NCBI RefSeq assembly: GCF_963921235.1
Contig: NC_086108.1
Coordinates: forward strand, 80,168,001-80,232,000
Direction: 5' to 3'
Source: Mobula hypostoma
Lineage: Eukaryota
DNA: 64,000 nucleotides
Made by a program: the position numbers and the translations under genes. Below the pieces are notes generated by a model. That model was given only the letters and a program-made list of their open reading frames with translations, was not told where the DNA came from and ran no database searches. Shown here in pieces: positions 1 to 11,980 of the stretch. Positions within the stretch are counted from its first letter, which is position 1; each line of letters begins with the position of its first letter.

Positions 1-195
1 CCTGCCTCTCGGTTTTTTTGCACTACCTTATCTTCCATTTTTCTATTTTGTATTTATGATTTATAATTTAAATTTTTAATATTTACTATCGATTTGTAAT
101 CCAGGGAGCAGGAAGCGCAGAATCAAATATCGCTGTGATGATTGTACGTTCTAGTATCAATGGTTTGGCGACAATAAAGTATAAAATATAAGTAT
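1..195 (+). mobile_element. 3' end of a non-LTR retrotransposon
   Basis: T-rich 3' UTR ending in AATAAA followed by a short repeated tail (taaagtataaaatataagta). Confidence 0.5.
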
Positions 196-829
196 TTCTT
201 CCAGAACATGTTTCTTTATTAGTAACCCACGGTACGGTTGAATATAAAGAACACAACAAGGTCAATGCCTAATTTTTCCAATGAAACCTGCGCTCCCACA
301 GTAGTTCAATACTGGAGAATTGTTATACCATGCACAACGTGACTTCTGGTCAATTTAGCCCCTGCATACCACGCTCCTTCAGTTGAAATCTTCTGGATAG
401 ATCATGAAACCATATATTTTACTTCCTTTATGTCTTTTTTGTTTTTAGGCTTGAATGTGATTCTGGAACTGTTGGAGCCTGTGATTTGCAGTTTGGAGAT
501 CACTTGGCTGTTTCAGTGCTTTGCAGTCTCCAGCTGGAGTCTGGGAGGCAGAGGCAATGTGCACGAAACTTGTGGTGAGCTGATATTCGATTCCATTTTG
601 CCGATTAATGTTTCCATTGTTCACCGATTAAAGCGATGAAAGAGATCGTAACATTGAGGTGAATGCGGAAGCTGAGTGCTGGCTACCTGCCTTTTGATCA
701 CTGGTGCAATCACTCAATATAGAGGGAAGACTGCCTTTTGATCGCTGTGGGATCGTTTGGCTATTGGAGAGGAGAGACTGCAATTTGATCACTGGGGGAT
801 TACTCTGCTATCGGAGAGGGGAGAGGTTG

Positions 830-1575
830 CCACTGTGCCTGAAGAATGTTACCCAGGTTTTCCGCATTTTGGATGTGGACTCGGACTATAGATTCCCCCG
901 CCCCCCCCCCCCCCCAGCATATGCAGTATTTTTGAGGCACTGCCTTTTGGAGATGTCCTTGTACCCATGATGGAGCTAGCTGAGTTTGCAACTTTCTGCA
1001 GCTTTTTCTCATCCTGTGCAGTGGCATCTCCATACCAGGGAATGATGCAACCATGTACTGTGCTCTCCATAGTACATCTGTAGAAATTACCAAGTGTCTT
1101 TGGTGAAATGCCAAGTCTCCTCAAACTCCTCATGAAGTATAGCTGCTGTCATGCCCTCTATGTAATTGCATCAATATGTTGGTGTAAGGATCAATATAAG
1201 GAACTGGAAACTGCTCACCCTTTCTACTGGTATCCCTCGATGAGAATCGGTATGTGTTCCCTTGACTTCCCTTTCTTAGTCTACAATCAATTGTTTGGTC
1301 TTACGAAGATTGAGTACAAGGTTGCTGCTGCAACACCACTCAGCCAGCTGATCTACCTCAATCCTCTATGCCTCATCATCATCTGAAATCCTGCCAACAA
1401 TAGTTGTGTCATCGGCAAATATATAGATGGCATTTGAGCTATGCTTAGCCTCAACAGTCATGAATATAGAGAGAGTAGAGCAATGGACCAAGAACATATG
1501 CTTGAGGTGTTCCAATGTTGACTGTCAGTGAGGAGGAGATGTTATCTTCGATCCACACTGAATGTGGTCTACCAC
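830..1575 (-). mobile_element. Rex1/Babar-type LINE, degraded RT C-terminal fragment
   Basis: ORF 849-1133 (LRRLGISPKTLGNFYRCTMES...CIIPWYG...KKLQKV) and an upstream YxFADDTTIVGRI-like segment are typical of Rex1/Babar ORF2. Confidence 0.8.
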
Positions 1576-1675
1576 CTGCTGACAAAGGTTTAGTTAATAT
1601 CATTGTCATTCACAAAGCTGGCAAGCAATTGGTTACATCTCACAGAGTCATGGAATCATACAGCATGAAAACAGG

Positions 1676-1840
1676 CCACACACAAAAAATGCTGGAGGAA
1701 CTCAGCAGGCCAGGCAGCATCTATGGAAAAAAGTACAGTCGACGTTTCTGGACGAGACTCTTTGGCAGGACTGCTGAGTTCCTTCAGCATTCTGTGTATG
1801 TTGCTTGGATTTCCAACATCTGTAGATTCTCTCTTGTTTA
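1676..1840. mobile_element. Penelope-like element terminus in inverted (foldback) arrangement, carrying a degenerate hammerhead-like motif
   Basis: cacacacaaaaaatgctggaggaactcagcaggccaggcagcatctatgga followed by its partial reverse complement. The minus strand of 1736-1773 reads CAGTC-CTGCCAA-...-GAAAC-GTC-GACTG. Confidence 0.7.
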
Positions 1841-1844
1841 TGAA

Positions 1845-2850
1845 AACAGGCCATTTGGCTCAAAATGTATAAACTACTGGACATCCATCCACATTCATCC
1901 TGTCCTCCAGCACTGATCCACAGCCTTCTGTGCTGAGGTGATTCAAGTACAAGTCTACAAACTTCTTTAATATTGTCAGCAACTTTGCTTCTACCATTCT
2001 TTCAAGCAGAACATTCCAGGTATTCACCATTCTTTGGGTGAAAAGGGTTCCCTCAGATCTCCTCTGATTCTTTTACCCCTAATCCTAAGTCTTGTTTTAT
2101 TCACCTCTGATAAGGAGAAAAACTTCCCTGCAGTCTACCCTATCTATACCCCTCATAATTTTATATAGCTCAATTATGTTCCCTCTTAAATTTCTTGACT
2201 CCAGGGAAAACAGAACCAGCCTCTCCAGTTTCTCCTTGTAACTGAAACACTCCATCCCAGGCAATATCCTGGGAAATCTCCTCTAGACCTTCTCCAATAC
2301 ATCTTTCCTACAGTGTGGTGACTAGAATTATATACAGTGGTCTTGTTAAGGTTTGACCAAGATTAATAAATTTGGAGCATAACCTCACTATTTTTATACT
2401 CAATGGCCCTGACAAATGAAGGCCAGTCTTCCACTTGCCTTCTTAACCATGTTCTGTATAAGTACTGCCATCTCAGTTTATCTTTGGACTTGCACACCAA
2501 TATTCCTGTGTTCCGCAAAGCTCCCTAGGACATAAGCTTTCATGATGCATGTCCTATTCTTATTAGTATTGCCAAAGGTATCATCTCATATTTGTCGTGA
2601 TTAAGCTCCATCTGCCATTTCTCAGCTCATTCCACCAACACATCAATATCACTCTGTAGCCCAAGACTATCCTCAAACTGTCAACAACTCTACCAATCTT
2701 CACATCACCTGCAAAGTTACTGATCATACCTCCCATAACTGTATCCAAATGACTCACACACATCACAAACAGCAAGGGTCTCAACACTGATCCCCGAGGA
2801 ACACCACGAGTTGCGAGCATACAATCACAAGCAACCTACTACCATCACTT
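1845..2850 (-). mobile_element. CR1-type LINE, degraded 3' part (continues at about 3290-3570)
   Basis: ORF 2581-2820 GVPRGSVLRPLLFVM...ISNFAGDVKIG is a decayed CR1 RT motif (GVPQGSVLGPLLF...FADDTK). ORF 3294-3551 contains FEVV...IDEESAVGVVY. Confidence 0.8.
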
Positions 2851-2852
2851 TT

Positions 2853-3272
2853 ATCAACACACAAAATGCTGGAGTAACCAGTTGACATCTTGGGTCAAGA
2901 CCTTTCATCAGGACTGGGGGAAAAAAAAGGGAAGTCAGAGTAAGAAGGTGGGGGGGTGTGGAAGGAAGAAGTATAAGGTAGTAGGTGACAGCTGAAACCA
3001 GGAGAAGGTCAGGGGTGAAGTAAAGAACCAGGAAGTTGATTGGGAGTCCGCTGAAGGATGCTGGAGATTGGGAGACTGCTTCACCGAGCACCTACTCTCT
3101 GTCTGCCAGAAAAAGCAGGATCTCCTGGTGGCCACCTATTTTCAATTCTACTGATGAAGGATCTTGGCCCAAGTGTCAACTGTTTGCATAGATGTCGGCT
3201 GGCCTGCTGAGTTCCTCTAGCATTTTGTGCATGTTGCTTGGATTTATAGCATCCATAGATTTTCTCGTGTTT
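2853..3272. mobile_element. Penelope-like element remnant: two inverted termini flanking a GIY-YIG-region fragment
   Basis: About 3060-3148 (+) reads RLGDCFTEHLLSVCQKKQDLLVATYF, similar to the PLE endonuclease motif R.xRFxEH...VAxHF. Inverted copies of the terminal repeat on each side contain CTGATGA. Confidence 0.75.
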
Positions 3273-4022
3273 CTGGTTCATCACTTTATCAGTCTAGGTT
3301 CTAGTTTGCCAACTTGTTCTGGATCCAATGAGCCGTAAACTTTTGGACCAGTTTCCCATGGGGGACATTGTCAAAGGCCTTAATGAAGTTACATAAACCA
3401 CACCTACGGCACTCTCCTCATCTATACAATTTGCTACAACCTCAAAAATATCAATCTGATCGGTCAGATGAGAACTGACGTTAACATAGCCAATACTGTC
3501 AATCTCTGGTACCAAATGATCATTAATCCTGTCATCTGAATTTTTTTCCAATGGCTTCCCTACTACTGATCTCTTTGAACATTTCCAATACCCTCAAGTC
3601 AGTTAAAGGAGGAGTAAGCACCCTTCAGATGCCAACCAAGAATTTCTATATTTATCTAGCTTTGTTTGGCAGTAAATTGGTGCACATGTGATTTAAAAAT
3701 AAAATCAATGTAATATGTTGGTTAAGCTGTTAAATCTTCAAATAAATCCTGTTCGCTCATTGCAATATTTAGTTACACTATATACAGTATAGACAAATTC
3801 TGGTCTAAACTCAAAAGTTAGAGCTGAACTTTTGACACTTCATTACCTCCCAAAAATACCATCAGCAAAATCTGTAGCAATTAAAAATGATCTTAATCAT
3901 TTTTAGCTAATCCACTCTGATCTGTATTGAGACAACCAATCTTTAACAGGACTCATCCCTCTGCTGGTGATTTTTCCAACACAAGCAGAAGTAAAAACTA
4001 CTAAGCAAGATACATTTCTTAC

Positions 4023-4213
4023 CTGTCGGTTGGCTTCAATATATGAAGGTAGAGTGTTTACACGGTAACACATCCCTTCTTCCATAATATGTACATAGCA
4101 GCGAAGTTTTGTTCCATGATATGGATCACTCATATCTCCATGATGATCATTCCAAAATGATTTTTCCCTGGCTAAATTCAGAAGATCATCCTCTTTTGTG
4201 TAACTGAATATAT
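4023..4213 (-). CDS. EIF2B3: eIF2B gamma subunit, internal coding exon (191 nt)
   Basis: (D)IFSYTKEDDLLNLAREKSFWNDHHGDMSDPYHGTKLRCYVHIMEEGMCYRVNTLPSYIEANRQ matches human DIYSF...[28 protein letters not shown]. Acceptor atttaAG, donor GTaaga. Confidence 0.96.
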
Positions 4214-4779
4214 CTTAAATAAACAAAGAAATAAACCTGTAAGTGCAACATGCATCAAGCAGAATTACTTAAATAAACAGACAAGGAATTAGATAGCATG
4301 TACAACATAAACATTAAAAAAAAACAAAAAGTGATGCCAAAGCAGGTCAGGCATCACATGTGGAGAGAGAAACAGTTAACATTTTAAATCTGAAACACTT
4401 CAGCAAAATTAGGCGAGTAACAAGTTGGTCCAGAAAATGTGGGAAAGTAGGAGAAGGCAGTAGTTGAAGCAAAGGGAATTTCTCTGATAGGCCAAAAACA
4501 ATGTGGACATTAACGTCACAGACTTTACATCAGCAACATATTAGACAGTCAAAGGAGTTCAGTTGCTCCTTAAAGGCCACAGTATTTCACATTATCAGAG
4601 AAATTTCCATTTTATTGTGTTCTTTAAAAATTCCCCAATATCACACCTTCTTCCAATCCAGCCCTTATTTTCTGCATTCTGACCTGAAACCAAATGGTAT
4701 TCTTAAACAATTAGTTTTAAGATAATTTATTTCCCTCCAGTTTTGTGGTTGACTGCATCCAGACTTTGCGCAGGTGGTG

Positions 4780-5400
4780 AGTGTTATACTTCAGATGTTA
4801 TATACTCCTTTCAACTACCTGTATTTTACCTACAAGAGCTTGTGTCATCCCTCATGCTACTTCTTTATATTGAATTGCCTTGGACTAAGGATTTCCATGA
4901 ATAGATGAGGCTATTATACATTTTCAAGGATGCTTTGATAATATCTTTGAAGGACTTCTCGATTCTCCAGACAAAGCTTAAAGGACAGTCCTTTGTTATT
5001 TTTAAGTAGTATGGTATCAAGCAACCAAATGGTATCCTGAGAATTAGAACTCACGGAGTATGATCGGCAACTGAGTGCTGGGAATTCTGGCCTTGGTGAG
5101 GTTCATACATCTGGCCAGTGGATTTGGAAGATCTTGCAAAGAAGACTTCTTCAGTGTTTTGGAGTGATGTTGTAGGTTATCCATGTCTCCAAGGAATATA
5201 GGAGAGTAGGTCATCACAAACATAGAGGTTAGACTGAACTGTTGACTTTAAACACTTTTACCCAGTCAGTCATAAGCTATCCTGGCACACTAAAGTTGGT
5301 GACGAATTTCATCATTAAGCGCTTGTCATGAGAAGTGATCCATATTTTCCACAGTCTGATCATTAAAGATGTTCTGTGCTGGGATTTATACAATTAGAAG
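4780..5400 (-). mobile_element. Old RTE-clade LINE fragment
   Basis: The minus strand near 5250-5380 gives ENMDHFS...DDEIRH...ARIAY...KSVF-like residues, resembling the RTE RT C-terminus. Heavily decayed. Confidence 0.5.
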
Positions 5401-5432
5401 ACCTATTACACAGAAATATCTACACAACATAC

Positions 5433-5560
5433 CTGCAGGCTTTGAGGTTTTCTTCTGATCTTCATTTATATTATCTTTAGAAAGCTGAGCAGAACTAGGC
5501 GAAGCAAACTGCTTTTGGACTAGATACGGAATCAATTCACCCCGGATTGATGTGAAGGAC
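5433..5560 (-). CDS. EIF2B3: eIF2B gamma subunit, internal coding exon (128 nt), not in the ORF track
   Basis: Manual translation SFTSIRGELIPYLVQKQFASPSSAQLSKDNINEDQKKTSKPA matches human [20 protein letters not shown]... Acceptor tctcttcaaAG, donor GTatgt. Confidence 0.95.
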
Positions 5561-6399
5561 CTTTGAAGAGAAACATTTTCATTACCAATAAAAAAAAGTG
5601 CTCTTCAGACTTAGTGTGCTTTTAATAATATTCTGGTGTGCTGAAATTATATGCAAGTGATTAAAAATGCAGGGTGTCTGACATAATATCCTACTTTTCT
5701 GTGCCCTATGTAAAACAAAAGGTAAAATACTTCTTCCCAGGAACAGCCAACCTCAGCCATTCTCTCACACCTCGGCAGTAGTACTCAGTTTGAAATTAAT
5801 TTGACCATTGTTCTCTCAGCAGTTAAGCAGAATGGAAAAGGTCAGACAGAAAAGTGGATTGGGAGTGTAGGATCAACCTATTCCATTCTGATTATGCAGA
5901 CGGGCTTGAAAGCCCATATGTTATACCTGCTTCTAAGTTTTCAATTAATCCATATAAACATGGCATGCAGTATTTAGTTATACCTACAAATCCAAACACA
6001 AACTATTGGATTATTAACAAAATGTAACAGTTAAATTGCTTTTGCATTGGTAAGCAATCAAGTATTACTAAGATAAAGGGATCTTAATTTGGACTGATAT
6101 ACAGAAGCAACATTAATTAAAGCATTCTGTATCTAATGACACATTTAGCACAAGCAATGTTTGGACTAAGACTGTCATAAATATGGGAAATATCAGTAGT
6201 AGATCTAGCAACATCTGTGAAGATTGAAACAGAGTTAACATTTCAGATCAATAATGTTGCACCAGAACCAGGAAAATTTAGAAACTAAAAATATTTTAAA
6301 TTGCTGAGAAAGTGGAGCAGCAAAGCAGGATAGAGGGAATTTCCGTGACAGGGATGGTGAGGTGAAGGTGAGAAAGAGCAGAAGTCATGGAAGAAAGAA

Positions 6400-8560
6400 G
6401 AAAGTTCTGTGGGATAAGAACAGGCCGAAATAACACAAGCTTGTTCTCTGGCAAGGATGTGATCGGTAAGTGGAAAGCCTTCAAAGGAGAAATTTTGAGA
6501 GAGCAGAGCTTGTATGTTCCTGTCAGGATTAAAGGCAAAGTGAATAGGAATAAGGAACCTTAGTTCTCAAGGGATATTGCAACTCTGATAAAGAAGAAGA
6601 GAGTTGTATGACATGTATAGGAAACAGGGAGTAAATAAGGTGCTTGAGAAGTATAAAAAGTGCAAGAAAATACTTAAGAAAGAAATCAGGAGAGCTAAAA
6701 GAAGACATGAGGTTGTCTTGACAGTCAAAGTGAAGGATAATCCAAAGAGCTTTTACAGGTATATTAAGAGTAAAAGGATTGTAAGTGATAAAATTGGTCC
6801 TCTTGAACATCAGAGTGGTCAGCTATGTGCGGAACCAAAAGAAATGGGGGAGATCTTAAATGGTTTTTTTGCGTCTGCATTTACTAAGGAAACTGGCATG
6901 AAGTCCATGGAATTAAGGGAATCAAGTAGTGAGATCATGGAAACTGTACAGATTGAAAAGGAGGAGGTGCTTGCTACCTTGAGGAAAATTAAAGTGGATA
7001 AATCCCCAGGACTTGACAGGGTGTTCCCTCGGACCTTGAAGGAGACCAGTGCTGAAATTGCAGGGGCCCTGGCAGATATATTTAAAATGTCGGTGTCTAC
7101 GGGTGAGGTGCCAGAGGATTGGAGAGTGGCTCATGTTGTTCCGTTGTTTAAAAAAGGATCAAAAAGTAATCCGGAAAATTATAGGCCAGTAAGTTTGACG
7201 TCGGTAGTGGGTAAGTTATTGGAGGGAGTACTAAGAGACAGAATCTACAAGCATTTGGATAGACAGGGACTTATTAGGGAGAGTCAACATGGCTTTGTGC
7301 ATGGTAGGTCATGTTTGACCAACCTATTGGAGTTTTCCGAGGAGGTTACCAGGAAAGTGGATGAAGGGAAGGCAGTGGATGTTGTCTACATGGACTTCAA
7401 TAAGGCCTTTGACAAGGTCCCGCATGGGAGGTTAGTTAGGAAAATTCAGTCGCTGGGTATACATGGAGAGGTGGTAAATTGGATTAGACATTGGCTTAAT
7501 GGAAGAAGCCAAAGAGTGGTAGTAGAGAATTGCTCCTCAGAGTGGAGGCCTGTGACTAGTGGTGTGCCACAGGGATCAGTGCTGGGTTCATTGTTATTTG
7601 TCATCTATATCAATGATCTGGATGATAATGTGGTAAACTGGATTAGCAAATTTGCTGACGATACAAAGATTGGAGATGTAGTTGACAGTAAGGAAGGTTT
7701 CCAGAGCCTGCAGAGGGACTTGGACCAGCTGGAAAAATGCGCTGAAAAATGGCAGATGGAGTTTAATACAGAAAAGTGTGAGGTATTGCACTTTGGAAGG
7801 ACAAACCAAGGTAGAACATACATGGTAAATGGTAAGGCACTGAGGAGTGCAGTAAAACAGAGGGATCTGGGAATACAGATACAAAATTCCCTAAAAGTGG
7901 CGTCACAGGTAGATAGGGTCGTAAAGAGAGCTTTTGGTACATTGGCCTTTATTAATCAAAATATTGAGTATAAGAGCTGGAATGTTATGATGAGGTTATA
8001 TAAGGCATTGGTGAGGCCGAATCTGGAGTATTGTGTTCAGTTTTGGTCAAATTACAGGAAGGATATTAATAAGGTTGAAAGAGTGCAGAGAAGGTTTACA
8101 AGGATGTTGCCGGGACTTGAGAAACTCAGTTACAGAAAAATAGATTAGGACTTTATTCCCTGGAGAGTAGAAGAATGAGGGGAGATTTGATAGAGGTATA
8201 TAAAATTATGATGGGTATAGATAGAGAGAATGCAAGCAGGCTTTTTCCACAGAGGCAAGGGGAGAAAAAAACCAGAGGACATGGGTTAAGGGTGAGGGGG
8301 GAAAAGTTTAAAGGGAACATTAAGGGGGGCTTCTTCACACAGAGTGGTGGGAGTATGGAATAAGCTGCCAGACGAGGTGGTAAATGTGGGCTCTTTTTTA
8401 ACATTTAAGAATAAATTGGACAGATACATGGATGGGAGGTGTATGGAGGGATATGGTCCGTGTGCAGGTCAGTGGGACTAGGCAGAATATGGTTCGGCAC
8501 AGCCAAGAAGGGCCAAAAGGCCTGTTTCTGTGCTGTAGTTTTTCTCTGGTTTCTATGGTT
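6400..8560 (+). mobile_element. CR1-type (HER1-like) LINE, 5'-truncated young copy with an open 514-aa RT ORF (6604-8148)
   Basis: KSPG.D, YRPVSLTS, QHGF...SCLTNL, DFNKAFDKV, GVPQGSVLG, SKFADDTK and LVRPNLEYCVQFW motifs. 3' UTR ends in a (tttctatgg)-like repeat tail. Confidence 0.95.
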
Positions 8561-8754
8561 TTTAAGTTCCACATTAGGACCGAAATAAATCATTAACGTG
8601 TTTTTAAAATTGCTACATAGAGAAACCTAACATTGTGAATGGCTGAAATGCTTCATTCTCAGATGAGCTCAGTGTTTTTCATGCACGCTTTGAAAGGCAG
8701 AATAAAATTACATTTGCGCGAATCACTGCAGCGTCTTGCAGTCCTCTGCTTTGG

Positions 8755-10425
8755 AGGCCAATGCCAGAACTTCTTTCAAGAGGGTGAAGGCATCAGGCCC
8801 TGATGATATATCTGGTAGGGCTCTGAAAACTTGTGCCAACCAACTGACAGGAGTGTTCAAGGACACCTTCAATCTCTGACTGCTGCAGCTGGAGGTTCCC
8901 ACCTGCTTCAAAAGAGTGACAATGATATGCACCAAAGAACAGCAGGGTCAGCTGCCTCAACAACTTTCATCCAGTGGCACTAACATCTGATGTGATGAAG
9001 CACTTTGAGAGGTTGGTCACTCACTACTAGAATCAACTCTTGCCTAAGCAAGGACCTGGTCCTGCTGTAATTTGCCTATCGCCACAATAAGTCTACAATG
9101 GATGCTATCTTAAGCACAAAATAATCTGCAGATACTGGGGTCAAAGCAACACTCACAACATGCTGGAGGAACTCAGCAGGTCGGACAGCATCTGTGGAAA
9201 CGATCAGTCAATGTATCGGGCCCCAACCCTTCGTGAGGACTGTAGAGGGAAGGGGCAGAGGCCCTATAATGAAGGTGGTTGGGGGGGGGCCTTCCCCTCC
9301 CCCACCCCTTTGTCTTTCCCCTTACTGGTTTTTCACCTGGAACCTACCAGCCTTCTCCTTCCCACCCTCCTCCCACCTTCTCTATAGGGCCTCTGCCCCT
9401 TCCCTCTACAGTCCTGATCGTTTCCACGGATGCTGCCCGACTTTAACTTTTTCACCACAGTCAGTGCAAACTGGAAACAACATCTCCACCTTGCTGACAA
9501 TCAACACTGGTACACCTCGAAGATTTGCGCTAAGCCCACTGCTCTACTCCCTGTACACCCACAACTGCACAGCTCTGCACAGCTTAAACGCCATTTATAA
9601 ATTTGCCAACAACATAACTATTGTTGGCAGAATTTTAGACGGTGATGAGGCGGCATACAGGAGCAATATAGATCAACAGGTTGAGTGCTATCGCAACAAC
9701 AACTTTGCACTCAACATCAGTAAGACCAAGGAAGTGCTTGTGGACTTCAGGAAGGGGAAACACAAACCAGTTCTCATCAAGGGAACAGCAGTTTTAAATT
9801 CCTGGGTGTCAACATCACTGAAGCTCTATCCTGGGCCCAACTTATCAATGCAACTGCAAAGGAGGCACAACAGTGGCTATATTTCATTAGGAGTTTGAGG
9901 AGATTTGGTATGTCACCAAAGGTACTCACAAATTTCTACAGATGTACGGTGGAAAGCATTCTGAGTGGATGCATCACCATCTGGTATGGAGGGGCCCACT
10001 GCACAGGATCAGAAAAAGCTGCAGGAAGTTGTAATTTCAGCAAGCCCCATCATGGGCACTAGCCTCTCCAGCATCAAACTGTGATGCCTGAAAAAGGCAG
10101 CATCCATCATTAAGGACCCCCCATCATCCGGGACCTGCCCTCTTCTCATTGCTACAATCAAGGAGGTCGTACCGGAGCCTGAAGACACACACTCAATATT
10201 TCAGGAACAGCTTCTTTCCGTCTGCTATTAGATTTCTAAATGGACAATGAATCCATGAATATTAACTCCCTATTTCCTGTCCGTTTGCACTACTTATTTA
10301 ATTCTTTATACACATTTCTTGTTGTAATTTATAGTTTTTTATTATTATATATTGCAATGTACTACTGCATCAAAACAACAAATTTCACAACATATGCCAA
10401 TGATATTAAACCGGATTCTGAAAAA
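8755..10425 (+). mobile_element. Rex1/Babar-type LINE fragment interrupted by a Penelope-like insert at about 9112-9445
   Basis: KASGPDDI...[18 protein letters not shown] at about 8785, and [13 protein letters not shown]...IYKFANNITIVG...LNISKTKEVLVDFRK in ORF 9194-9898. Tail attaaaccggattctga. Confidence 0.85.
9112..9445. mobile_element. Penelope-like terminal repeat pair, inverted
   Basis: tctgcagatactggg...caacactcacaacatgctggaggaactcagcagg, with an internal inverted repeat gactgtagagggaaggggcagaggccctata / tatagggcctctgccccttccctctacagtc. Confidence 0.7.
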
Positions 10426-11031
10426 GCCAAAGTGCTGTCTCAAAAATGGGAAACATAAACTTACTGTAATGTGCAAGACTTGCCTTAAAAGCTGAGTGAA
10501 CCAGAATTATCTGGTTTATGGTTGAAAGCTGAAGGCTACAGCTACTCATTTACCTTTTTCAATCACAGGACATAGAAGTACCAATCCGCTAACAAACTAA
10601 AGGGCACAAGCTATCTTATTTAAATTGATTCTTAGCTCTGACGTTAATCAATCCTCATTGGGAAAGTACAAAACATTTTTTTTCCATTTCATATTAGTAG
10701 TAGGAAGTATGCTCTACATCAGGCTCAACATTGAAGCTAAACTTGCTTCAATCTGAAGATCACTGCCATTTTGGTCGGCACAGTTTCTCAGATTTCGTAT
10801 GACACCGACAAAGTGGGATTTGACTTTATTTCTGTTATCCTGCATTAAATAAGGAAAAATGCAATTTTAAACCTTCCCAGTAACAAATTCTTCTGACACA
10901 ATAAACAACCATTTTCCTAAGAACCACAGGTATCCATTATACAGATACAATACGCATTTAATGCCTTGCATAAACAAGCAAAGTGACCTGAATCAGCAGC
11001 ACTTATAATTTTAATAAGCCAATTAAATTGA

Positions 11032-11680
11032 GGGAGGAGAAGATGGCGGCGCGACGCAGCTTGCAGTGGCCACTCCGGTGAATGATATCTGTCATCTGTC
11101 AAGTAGGGTGCCGTGCACAATCCTGATTGGATGGAGACAGACGTGAGAGCACGGAGGAACATCTGGTGAAACTTCTGAAATGCCTGTTTCGCTGCCGCTG
11201 CTACTGTGTGATCCAGAATCTCCGGAGGAGAAGGCCCCGAGTCCTCGGCTTTGACTTGTTGCTCGGCGGCCGGGGCGGGGTCGAAGTGCTCGGCAGAGAT
11301 GGTGCTTGGTGTCGGAAGGCTGGCCAGAGGCTCGAAGTTTTCGGATGGACTCAGAGTTGGCTGCGGTCGGGTGCTTCCAATGCATCGGCAAGTTTGCGGC
11401 ACTTGGAGGGGCAGGGAGAGTTTCTCCCTTCTACCGTCTGCATGAGATGATGGGGCTATTGGGACTTGAGAGTTTTTTACCATGCCCGTGGTCTGCTCTT
11501 TATCAAATTACGGTATTGCTTGGCACTGTTGTAACTATATGTTATAATTATGTGGTTTTGTCAGTTTTAGTCTTGGTTTGTCCTCTGTTTTCTGTGATAT
11601 CTTTCTGGAGGAACATTGTATCATTTTTTAATGCATGCATTTCTAAATGACAATAAACGAGGATTAATCTAAATCTAAAT
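11032..11680 (+). mobile_element. CpG-rich non-autonomous retroposon (probably a LINE 5' UTR joined to a LINE 3' UTR)
   Basis: Starts with AAGATGGCGGCG, then about 400 bp GC/CpG-rich, then a T-rich segment with AATAAA (11652-11657) and an (aatcta)n tail. No RT coding sequence. Confidence 0.6.
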
Positions 11681-11689
11681 TCACACTAT

Positions 11690-11980
11690 GGCCCCTAGTA
11701 CAGCATAGTGGTTAGTGTGATACTTCACAGTGCCAGCGATTGAAAGCGTTTATACGTTCTCTCAATTACCATGTCTCATTCAGGTGCTCTGGTTTTCTCC
11801 AACAATCAAAATAGATATATGGGGTATGGTTAGTAAGTTGTGGATAAGCTGTGTGGGTGCCAGAAGCATGGCTTTACTTACAAGCTGCCCCCAGTACATC
11901 ACAAACAATGACACACATGACAAATTTCACTGTATGCTTCAATGAACATGTGGCAAAAAAGCTAATCTTTATCTTTAAGT
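11690..11980 (+). mobile_element. V-SINE/HE1-like SINE, degraded
   Basis: tRNA-like head (gcatagtggttag), V-domain-like ggtgctctggttttctccaaca, and an (atcttt) tail. Confidence 0.6.

Noticed and set aside
895..916. Poly-C run (G-run on the gene strand), a possible G-quadruplex
   Set aside because: A simple homopolymer expansion inside a decayed LINE, with no further support.
195..4000. Next downstream EIF2B3 exon (VPKLL...VHSSAQI-like)
   Set aside because: No matching peptide with splice sites was found by eye; it probably lies beyond the window start.
10917..11650. Several overlapping ORFs of 64-188 aa and a possible host CpG-island promoter
   Set aside because: The ORFs reflect high GC content and resemble no protein I recognise. 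The block ends in a retroposon-type tail and sits mid-intron.
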